DNA from: Patescibacteria group bacterium | GTDB lineage: Bacteria > Patescibacteriota > Patescibacteriia > 2-02-FULL-49-11 | Direction of reading: 5' to 3' | Length of the DNA stretch: 64,000 bases | NCBI GenBank assembly: GCA_041645165.1 | Contig: JBAZQN010000010.1 | Location: 102 to 64,101 of the forward strand | In this document: piece after piece, positions 1 to 7,604 of the stretch | Layout: every line of letters begins with the position of its first letter | How positions within the stretch are numbered: the stretch's first letter is position 1 | The notes under the pieces: generated by a model | Database searches by the model: none | Seen by the model: only the letters and a program-made list of their open reading frames with translations | Told to the model about the DNA's origin: nothing | Program-made: the position numbers and the translations under genes

Positions 1-163
1 AACAGTTTCTAATGATCTATATCGTAAATGTCGAAAAGATTGATGATTTTTGTGTTTTAACCTTTTAAGGTTTGTATTACAGAAGAATCGATATTTATTT
101 ATAGACCGCTTATATTGTGTATTCTCCTAATTTTTTTAGGTAACTCCTCACTTACCTAAATCT

Positions 164-271
164 AGAAGCGAAGGAATACCAATTTTTCGAGGACTTATGC
201 CTGTAGTCAGGTAGGTATAAGCGCGAGGGTAGTTGGGTCGCGTCCGCAGAAAAATTGTGTATTCCTGAGCG
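164..271 (+). repeat. 108-bp structured dispersed repeat, copy 1 (MITE or ncRNA candidate)
   Basis: Near-identical to 60359-60466; terminal pairing ggaatac-caattttt / aaaaattg-tgtattcc with internal hairpins. Confidence 0.85.
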
Positions 272-307
272 AGAAAGAACCTGAGTGAGCAGTCACTTTT
301 TTAGGGA

Positions 308-335
308 TTGACTAATTTTAATAAAACATCATAAT
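308..335 (+). promoter_or_regulatory. Putative sigma70 promoter of clpC
   Basis: TTGACT(308-313)-16 nt-CATAAT(330-335), 11 nt before the ATG. Confidence 0.5.
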
Positions 336-346
336 AAGACCTATGT

Positions 347-2845
347 ATGACAGAAAACTCCATACTCAATAAATTCACCTCGCACTATCAGCATGTAGTG
401 AGCAATGCCTACCGCTTTGCGATGTATGCTAAGGCCCCCCACATTGAACCGATCCACCTCTTGTGGGGCTTGGTAAGCGAAACAGGATCGCTCGCGCACG
501 AAATCCTGCGAAAAGCAGGCCTTCCCCCTCCTCCCCTCCCGCCGCTTGAGGGGGAGATAAAAAGCGCGCCAAGCTCCGTCTTTGCCCTTCCCATCACCGA
601 TACGGTGAAGGCGGTGATAAAAAAATCAGTGCTGGCCGCTTCCCGCTACCATCACAAATACATCGGCACCGAACATCTGCTTCTTGGCCTTCTCAACAGC
701 AGGGACGCAGTGGTCGAGAGCGCGCTCCAAGACCATCGGATTACCATCCCTGCGCTCAAGAAACACGTCGCGCTCGTAATGAAATCCACCTCGCGCTTCC
801 CGGATCTCACCCAGGCAATCTCCCGCGATGAAATGGAAGACGAAGAAGATGAAACCCGCACCCATTCGTCGAAAACAAAAACGCCTGCATTGGATTTTTT
901 TGCCAATGAGCTGACCTCCGTTGCCGCGCAGGTGCGCCTAGATCCCGTCATAGGCCGCGCAAAAGAAATCAACCGCATCATCCAAATCCTTTCCCGAAAG
1001 ACAAAAAATAATCCTATCCTCCTCGGCGACCCCGGGGTGGGAAAAACAGCGATTGTGGAAGGGCTGGCAAAACGCATCTGGGAGGGTAATGTGCCAGATC
1101 TCCTTCTGCGCAAACGCATTTACAGCCTCGACCTTACCCTCCTGGTCGCCGGCACGATGTACCGCGGCGAGTTTGAATCGCGCATCAAGCAAGTGCTCGA
1201 TGAAGTGCGCGCCGATCCCAATATCATCCTTTTCATCGACGAGATCCATAATATTATCGGCGCAGGGTCGGCCTCCGGGTCGCTCGATGCGGCGAATATC
1301 CTGAAACCCGCGCTCGCGCGGGGGGAAATACACTGCATCGGCGCGACGACGTATGAGGAGTACAAACAGCACCTTGAAACCGATCCTGCCCTTGAGCGGC
1401 GTTTCCAGGCGGTGCAGGTAAGTGAGCCATCGGTCGATGAAACCGTAGAAATTCTCAAAGGAGTAAAGGCATCCTATGAAACGCATCACCATGTGAGCGT
1501 CGAAGACGACGCATTAACGGCGGCCGCGCACCTCTCCGCGCAATATCTGCCTGAAAAACGCCTTCCGGACAAGGCAATCGACCTGGTGGACGAAGCATCC
1601 GCCATGAAACGCATAAGCGGTTCAGAAAACCCCTATTTGCGCGAATTGCGGACAAAAGAATCGGCCTTCGAGGCGGTGAAGAAGGAAAAAGAGGAAGCGG
1701 TGAAGAAGGAAAATTTTCCCCTTGCGCTCCAGAAAAAAGAAGAAGAAAGAGCCATTGCCGCAGCTATTGCAGATTTGCATAAAAATGAACAAAACCGCGA
1801 ATCAAGCGCTTTGCGCTACGGTAACGTGACCCGGGAAGATATTATCCACGTGCTTTCCGACATTACCGGAATCCCCTTGGGACGGATTGAAGAGGAAGAG
1901 CGGGGCCACCTGTTAAATCTGGAAACGCTCCTTACTGAGCGGATTATTGGCCAGGAAGAAGCGCTCCATGAAGTGGCAAACTTTATCCGGCGTTCGCGCG
2001 CCGGCTTATCCGGCGACAAGCGCCCCTTGGGTTCATTCATTTTCCTCGGGCCTTCTGGGGTAGGGAAGACGGAAACCGCGAAAGTGCTCGCGGAAGTGGT
2101 GTTCCGCGATCCGGAAGCGTTCATAAGATTCGACATGTCGGAATTCAGCGAAAGCTTCAATATCTCCAAACTTATCGGCGCGCCCGCAGGCTACGTAGGG
2201 TATAGGGAGGGCGGAAAACTCACCGAACTCGTCAGGCGCAAGCCCTATTCAGTCATTCTCCTGGATGAAATAGAGAAAGCGCACCCCGATATATTCAATC
2301 TCTTCCTCTCGATCCTTGATGACGGTTTTCTGACCGATGCGACCGGGCGAAGAGTAAATTTCCGGAATACTATTATCATCATGACCTCGAACATCGGGCT
2401 CTCCTTGTTTAACGCGAATGCCTCGCTTGGGTTCTCGTCTGCAGACGCGAAACGCGGAACCGTATATGAAGAAACGAAAATGCGGGTGTTGGGCGAACTG
2501 CATGAACGGTTTCGCGCCGAATTTTTAAACCGCATCGACCGTATCATGGTCTTCCGCCCTTTAAACACCGCATCGCTTAAAACAATCGCCGAACAGCAGC
2601 TCCGCCAAATCCAAGCGCGCCTCGCCAAACAATCCATTACGCTCACATGGGATAAAAAAGCAGCCGATCTCATCACGAAGCTTTCCCAGAGTCCCAACGA
2701 GGGCGCGAGAAAAATTTCACGGGTTTTAAGGCAACACGTGGAGGACGCGCTCACCGATCTTTTGCTTAACAGTAAAGCGCGCACCGGCTCGGTGATCCGC
2801 CTTACTGTACGAAAAGACGCTATCGCGCTTGTGAGCTCCAAGTAA
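347..2845 (+). CDS. clpC: ATP-dependent Clp protease ATP-binding subunit
   Basis: Clp N-domain repeats ([12 protein letters not shown]), two AAA+ modules ([16 protein letters not shown]), UVR-like linker, GAPAGYVG pore loop. Confidence 0.95.
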   Translation: MTENSILNKFTSHYQHVVSNAYRFAMYAKAPHIEPIHLLWGLVSETGSLAHEILRKAGLPPPPLPPLEGEIKSAPSSVFALPITDTVKAVIKKSVLAASRYHHKYIGTEHLLLGLLNSRDAVVESALQDHRITIPALKKHVALVMKSTSRFPDLTQAISRDEMEDEEDETRTHSSKTKTPALDFFANELTSVAAQVRLDPVIGRAKEINRIIQILSRKTKNNPILLGDPGVGKTAIVEGLAKRIWEGNVPDLLLRKRIYSLDLTLLVAGTMYRGEFESRIKQVLDEVRADPNIILFIDEIHNIIGAGSASGSLDAANILKPALARGEIHCIGATTYEEYKQHLETDPALERRFQAVQVSEPSVDETVEILKGVKASYETHHHVSVEDDALTAAAHLSAQYLPEKRLPDKAIDLVDEASAMKRISGSENPYLRELRTKESAFEAVKKEKEEAVKKENFPLALQKKEEERAIAAAIADLHKNEQNRESSALRYGNVTREDIIHVLSDITGIPLGRIEEEERGHLLNLETLLTERIIGQEEALHEVANFIRRSRAGLSGDKRPLGSFIFLGPSGVGKTETAKVLAEVVFRDPEAFIRFDMSEFSESFNISKLIGAPAGYVGYREGGKLTELVRRKPYSVILLDEIEKAHPDIFNLFLSILDDGFLTDATGRRVNFRNTIIIMTSNIGLSLFNANASLGFSSADAKRGTVYEETKMRVLGELHERFRAEFLNRIDRIMVFRPLNTASLKTIAEQQLRQIQARLAKQSITLTWDKKAADLITKLSQSPNEGARKISRVLRQHVEDALTDLLLNSKARTGSVIRLTVRKDAIALVSSK

Positions 2846-2851
2846 ACTAAG

Positions 2852-2899
2852 GAAACCACCCCCCTCCCTTCCTTTATAAGGAGTGGACAAGGGGAGGTC
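2852..2899. repeat. C/G-run palindromic element after clpC, possibly also a terminator
   Basis: gaaaccacccccctcccttcctttataaggagtggacaaggggaggt; same architecture as 6451-6527 and 12874-12952. Confidence 0.6.
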
Positions 2900-2906
2900 T
2901 CAATAA

Positions 2907-3641
2907 TTAAATTCCAATACGAAATATAATTCTCTCTTTGATACCCTCCTCAACCTCATCACGCCCCGCGAATGCTTCCAATGCGGGAGCGTAGGCGCGT
3001 GGCTGTGCGCGCGGTGCACCGCGTCTCTTCCTCTGCTCCACCCAATCCCCTGCCCGGTATGCCAGCGCCCCACCACGGCGGGAAGCGCGCATATCCAATG
3101 CAGAAAAAATCTGGGATTAGAAGGCTGCCTGTTGGCTGCCAATCTTTCCCATAAAACCATGGAACTTTTGCTCTATGGATTGAAATACCACGGATTGAAA
3201 TCAGCGGCCATACCCTGTGCGCGTCTGCTTGCGCGCGCGCTCACGGAAAACTACTCTTTATCAGAGCGCCCGGTCTCCGCAGCCTTCTGCCCTATTCCTC
3301 TCCATCCACAGCGCGAGAGGGAACGCGGCTATAACCAAGCACGCTTGATCGGCAAGGCACTCTCGCATGAGCTTTCGCTTCCCCTTCGAGAGCTCCTTAT
3401 CCGCACACGCGCAACTAAGGATCAGGTGAAATTAAACCGCGCACAGCGGCTCCTCAACCTTGACGGCGCATTCGAACCGCAGCAAGATGCCATTCTGCAG
3501 GAACAGGTCGTGTTTCTTATTGATGACGTGGTCACCAGCGGCGCGACGCTGCATGCCGCGGCATCCGCCCTTCGGAAACAGTGGCCGCATTTACAAATCT
3601 GGGGACTGGCGGTGGCATACCATGCGCATGGAAACAATTAA
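2907..3641 (+). CDS. comF: ComF family protein (double zinc ribbon plus phosphoribosyltransferase-like domain); start uncertain
   Basis: Frame open from 2907 with CFQC..CARC..CPVC..HIQC upstream of the tracked ORF; IPLHPQRERERGYNQA and LIDDVVTSGATL motifs. Confidence 0.85.
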   Translation, partial: LNSNTKYNSLFDTLLNLITPRECFQCGSVGAWLCARCTASLPLLHPIPCPVCQRPTTAGSAHIQCRKNLGLEGCLLAANLSHKTMELLLYGLKYHGLKSAAIPCARLLARALTENYSLSERPVSAAFCPIPLHPQRERERGYNQARLIGKALSHELSLPLRELLIRTRATKDQVKLNRAQRLLNLDGAFEPQQDAILQEQVVFLIDDVVTSGATLHAAASALRKQWPHLQIWGLAVAYHAHGNN

Positions 3642-4051
3642 TTCTTAACTTTGTAATAAACTTGCCCAGTATATCAACATCCAACGCCACACGTGACGCG
3701 GATGGTAGTGTACTCTTGTATGGTTGCGAACTTGTAGTGTTGGTGCACAATCTTGTGTGAAGATAACGTGTGGCGATCGGTGAGGGAGGCGTGAAGGTAC
3801 ATCTCGACGTTCTTACCAGACCCTTCTATCTCATCATTATTTACTACTCATAAGTTTATGCCTCCCTCTTGGATGTTGTATTATCTGGGCTTGATTATTG
3901 TGAGATAATTTCGTATCCTTTCCCTGCTGGTTCTTTAACGCGGAGAAATGGCTGAATGCCAGTCAAAGACATCCGGCGGGCGTTCATAGACGCCCGGGCG
4001 ACACGAAACCTCAAATTTTATATTGCGAGGCATCGCCCGAACAAATTATAT

Positions 4052-4138
4052 GGAGAGGTGGCTGAGTGGCCGAAAGCGGCGCCGTGCTAAGGCGTTAGGG
4101 ATGCAAGTCCCTCGTGGGTTCGAATCCCACCCTCTCCG
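4052..4138 (+). tRNA. tRNA-Ser(GCT), CCA not encoded
   Basis: GGAGAGG/CCTCTCC acceptor stem, gcgcc-gtGCTaa-ggcgt anticodon arm, long variable arm, GGTTCGAATCC. Confidence 0.93.
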
Positions 4139-4290
4139 AATGAGTTTACGAATGAGGAAAGAGTTCCGCAACTGCTTGCGTGGCGTGTGGAATGAGAAAG
4201 GTTTGGCGATGTGCGCGAAGCGGAATCTTTACCCCGATGCATATCGGGGCCACCCTCTCCGAATTTGAAAATTATAAAATTAAAACACAT

Positions 4291-4378
4291 GGAGGGGTCG
4301 CATAGCGGTTTAGTGCACCGGTCTTGAAAACCGGAGTACCGCAAGGTACCGTGAGTTCGAATCTCACCCCCTCCGCCA
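4291..4378 (+). tRNA. tRNA-Ser(TGA), CCA encoded
   Basis: GGAGGGG/CCCCTCC, ccggt-ctTGAaa-accgg, long variable arm, GTTCGAATC, ends GCCA. Confidence 0.95.
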
Positions 4379-4748
4379 GACTTCGCCAAGGCTACGTCTA
4401 GGCTAGCCTGAAGCCTTGAATAAAATAAATAAAGTGATATGTTTTATACTTACATACTCAAAGAGAAACAAAAACATCATTTCTATGTTGGTTCGTCGAA
4501 TGATCTGAATGAACGCCTTCAAGAACACGCACAAGGATTAACAAGATCAACAAGAGGAAGGGTGTGGAATCTGTATTGTTATTTCGCATTCCCAAGTGAA
4601 ACGCTTGCAAGAAAATTTGAACAATATTTAAAGACTGGATCTGGAAGAGCTTTTGCCAAACGGCATTTTGAATTTCAAGTTGACGAAGCTTTAGCGTAGT
4701 CACTCTCACCCCCTCCGCCAGACTTCGCCAAGGCTACGTCTAGGCTAG
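4362..4748 (+). mobile_element. Mini-cassette at the tRNA-Ser 3' end bounded by 45-bp direct repeats, carrying one GIY-YIG gene
   Basis: tctcaccccctccgccagacttcgccaaggctacgtctaggctag at 4362-4406 and 4704-4748. Confidence 0.8.
4439..4699 (+). CDS. GIY-YIG nuclease family protein (UPF0213-like)
   Basis: FYTYIL...FYVGSS.DL.ERL.EH..G...ST, then A.KFE.YLKTGSGR. Confidence 0.9.
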   Translation: MFYTYILKEKQKHHFYVGSSNDLNERLQEHAQGLTRSTRGRVWNLYCYFAFPSETLARKFEQYLKTGSGRAFAKRHFEFQVDEALA

Positions 4749-4955
4749 TACCGTATCTCGTTAACGTCCCATAGTGATCCGCTTCCAGATTTTATTAAAA
4801 CTCAAGCTGAAAGGCGTATTTCCCGCTATGGGAGACCAAAGAGATACGGCACTAGTCTGTAGCCTTGAATAAATAAAGCGCATCCGCCAATGAGGGAACA
4901 TAACCTCATATGAAGAAGAAACATACGGATGAATCGAATATGGTATACTGGAAAC

Positions 4956-6167
4956 ATGAAAAAATTCATGTTTTTCTTTTTTATTTTTGCGGCTTTTTTT
5001 GACACAGGAACGCGCGCGGAAGCGGCAGAGACGCTCGCGGAGCGCTTACGCGGGCGCATTCTCCTGCAAGTCGAGAGCTATGGCAGAGCATGGTATGTGA
5101 ATCCGGCGGATGGGACGCGGTATTATCTCAAGGACGGAGAAACCGCGTTTGAACTTATGCGCTCATTCGGGCTGGGGATTACGGACCGCGATCTCGCAAA
5201 AATTCCCATTGCACGCGGGCAGGCGGCGGATCGCACATTGGCAGCCCGGCTCTCAGGGCGCATTCTCCTGCAGGTGGAAAAGCGCGGAGAAGCGTGGTAT
5301 GTGAACCCTTCAGATGGCCTGCGCTATTACCTGCAAGACGGAAATGCGGCGTATGCGCTCATGCGCCAATTTGGGCTGGGGATAAAAGACAAGGACTTGC
5401 GGAAGATTGAAATGAACGATGTGCAGATCGTGCAAGATACTACGTTTGATGACGTGGCGTATGTGAAACTCTCGGGAGGCGACATTGTCGCGGAAAAACA
5501 CCAAAACCAAATCCTCCCTCCTGCTTCGCTCACGAAACTCATGACCGCACTCGTGCTTATCGACCATGATTTTGATTTTCACCGGACGCTAACCCTAACC
5601 GCCGATGCCCTTGCCTTCCCCAAGGCGCTCGTGGGCGACGATACCACCAGCGAGATTGAACTTGAAGCGGGAGACCAGGTGCAGGCCGACGATCTGTTTA
5701 TCGCCATGCTGGTGGCGTCTTCCAACCAGGCGGCGATTGCCTTGGTGGATGCGAGCGGCATGACGCGCGAGGAGTTTATCGCCGCCATGAACGCGCGCGC
5801 GAAAGCCATGGGATTGACGCGCACCCGCTTCTTTGATCCGGCGGGGCTCGACGCGCATACCGTCACGACGCCCTATGAAATGGCGCTCATTGCGCAAGAG
5901 GCGTTTCTCGCGCCGGAAATCTTTGCGGCCGCGCGGCAAGATGCGCATACCATTACCATGCAGCAGCCGCCGTACCGTTCATTGTTTGTCACTGACCGCA
6001 ATACCACGCTGAAGCCCTACCATCCTGACGCAGTAAAAGTCGGATTTCTCATCGAAGCCCAGCGCTGCGTGGCGTTGATGAAGGACGGCGATATTGTCGT
6101 GATCATGCATGCGCGGAGCATGAGCGAGAGAAACGGCATACTGAACAAGCTGCTCAGCCGCGAATGA
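4956..6167 (+). CDS. D-alanyl-D-alanine carboxypeptidase (peptidase S11) with two N-terminal GRILLQVE..G.AWYVNP repeats
   Basis: Signal peptide; SLTK (SxxK), SSN (SxN), KVG motifs; start placed at the ATG 6 nt after TGGTATACT. Confidence 0.85.
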   Translation: MKKFMFFFFIFAAFFDTGTRAEAAETLAERLRGRILLQVESYGRAWYVNPADGTRYYLKDGETAFELMRSFGLGITDRDLAKIPIARGQAADRTLAARLSGRILLQVEKRGEAWYVNPSDGLRYYLQDGNAAYALMRQFGLGIKDKDLRKIEMNDVQIVQDTTFDDVAYVKLSGGDIVAEKHQNQILPPASLTKLMTALVLIDHDFDFHRTLTLTADALAFPKALVGDDTTSEIELEAGDQVQADDLFIAMLVASSNQAAIALVDASGMTREEFIAAMNARAKAMGLTRTRFFDPAGLDAHTVTTPYEMALIAQEAFLAPEIFAAARQDAHTITMQQPPYRSLFVTDRNTTLKPYHPDAVKVGFLIEAQRCVALMKDGDIVVIMHARSMSERNGILNKLLSRE

Positions 6168-6450
6168 CAAACCGTTTAAGACGACTGCGGCCGCAAGATA
6201 TCCCACCGCGCCCTTGCACCTTGAGACAGTAGAAGAACTCAAACGATGGTAGCTATTTTTCGACCTTCGGAAATTTTAAGCCCTTATTACACGATTTAAA
6301 CGACTCGTTTTCTTGAAAAAGCATTCTCAAAAGTATTGTTCTACAGTCTCACCTTATAATCCTCTTTTTACATACCCTGCGGTGGCGCCCTGGACAGCTA
6401 ACGAATGAAGAAAACTTGCCGCCTGGGTAAAAATCTACTACAGTGAATTA

Positions 6451-6527
6451 AGGAAACCACCCCATCCCCTTCCCGCGTCAAGCTCGGGACAGGCTCTTAG
6501 TAAGGAGGGGACGTGAGGGAAGGTCTC
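6451..6527. repeat. C/G-run hairpin element with a nested insert; inverted copy at 12874-12952
   Basis: cccctt[cccgcgtcaagctcgggacaggct]cttagtaaggagggga is close to the reverse complement of the 12874-12952 copy. Confidence 0.75.
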
Positions 6528-6600
6528 TGTGATGTGATTGAAATTCCGATGTAATGAGTTTTGGAAAATAACGATCATTATTTAATAAACACGCAGCCTT

Positions 6601-7089
6601 ATGGTAAATGACAACCCCGCGCCATTCTCTTATCCCCTCACGTGGTCCTTCCCGGAGTACCCGAAACATGAGAGAACCGCAGGATGGTTCATCATTGCGG
6701 TACTCATCGGCGGTGCGCTCTTCGCATATGCGCTCCTCACAGGCAATTATTTGTTCGCCAGCATCATTATATTCATATCGCTCATCATCGCCCTCCAGCA
6801 CTTCCGCCATCCCCTCACTATTGATTTTGCCATCACTGAGGACGGCATCAGCCTTGCCGGGAAAGCGCTGCCTTGGAAAGATATTAAGTCATTCTGGATG
6901 ATCTACGAACCGCCAGAGGTAAAAACACTTTACTTCACCTTCAAAGGGCTGCGCCCCACCCTGAAGATCCCCATTGCCGAGCAAAATCCCCTCCACATCC
7001 GCGAAGCGCTCAACCCTTATGCGGAAGAAGACCTGGAGCAAGAAAATGAATCGTTTTCAGATGCAGTGGGAAGGATGTTCAAATTGTGA
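6601..7089 (+). CDS. Conserved two-TM membrane protein with PH-like C-terminal domain (DUF5673-like)
   Basis: W.FPEY..HER..GW, two hydrophobic helices, ITEDGI...LPWKDIKSFW. Confidence 0.7.
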   Translation: MVNDNPAPFSYPLTWSFPEYPKHERTAGWFIIAVLIGGALFAYALLTGNYLFASIIIFISLIIALQHFRHPLTIDFAITEDGISLAGKALPWKDIKSFWMIYEPPEVKTLYFTFKGLRPTLKIPIAEQNPLHIREALNPYAEEDLEQENESFSDAVGRMFKL

Positions 7090-7240
7090 AATTTTCAATG
7101 CTCAATTTCTCCCCCTACGAGAGATCTCCCGAAGGGAGACAATTTTCAAATAATTCTCAATGCATCAATATTTCAATGTTTGAAAATTGAATCATTGGAG
7201 CATTAATTGTAAATTGAGAATTGGAAATTGAAAATTTTAT
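7088..7240. repeat. AT-rich heptamer-periodic palindrome (aattttcaat...attgaaaatt) with a nested 30-bp twin hairpin at 7110-7139
   Basis: Related copies at 22505-22626, 43910-44100, 51067-51206 and 53199-53351. Confidence 0.8.
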
Positions 7241-7245
7241 CATGT

Positions 7246-7317
7246 GCGCCCGTCGTTCAATGGATAGGACACAAGATTGCGGATCTTGTAATGCAGGTTC
7301 AATTCCTGCCGGGCGCA
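7246..7317 (+). tRNA. tRNA-Arg(GCG), CCA not encoded
   Basis: GCGCCCG/CGGGCGC acceptor, caaga-ttGCGga-tcttg anticodon arm, GGTTCAATTCC. Confidence 0.9.
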
Positions 7318-7427
7318 AAAAGTGCGGGGTGAAATTCCCTGCAAGGACAACGATTGGCCTTATAATGATAGAAACCCTAGGTAGGGGGTTTTTATTTTTA
7401 TACTAAAATGCCTGACTAATCGAATTT

Positions 7428-7531
7428 GTCATTCCTGATTTAATCAGGAATCCAGAAACAAAAATACGCAAAAACGTTCGTGGTGTCGGTTTTTATTTTC
7501 TTCTCTGGATTCCCGCTTTCGCGGGAATGAC
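7428..7531. mobile_element. Gene-less doublet of GTCAT..GATCCAG-type REP hairpins (REPIN-like)
   Basis: gtcattcctgatttaatcaggaatccag...ctggattcccgctttcgcgggaatgac; same ends as the GIY-YIG units at 15526 and 19158. Confidence 0.8.
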
Positions 7532-7604
7532 GACGGGGAAATCGAAAATGGAGTAGCAGTTGAGTATAGTTGATAATTTCATCCAACCGCCGCATACTGA
7601 TAAC

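Noticed and set aside
3642-3900. Small gene between comF and the tRNAs
   Set aside because: Short open frames exist on the minus strand, but none has a convincing start or motif.
3941-4050. Additional tRNA, intron-containing tRNA or ribozyme
   Set aside because: Only ~17 nt resemble a tRNA 5' end; there is no anticodon or T arm and no complete hammerhead core.
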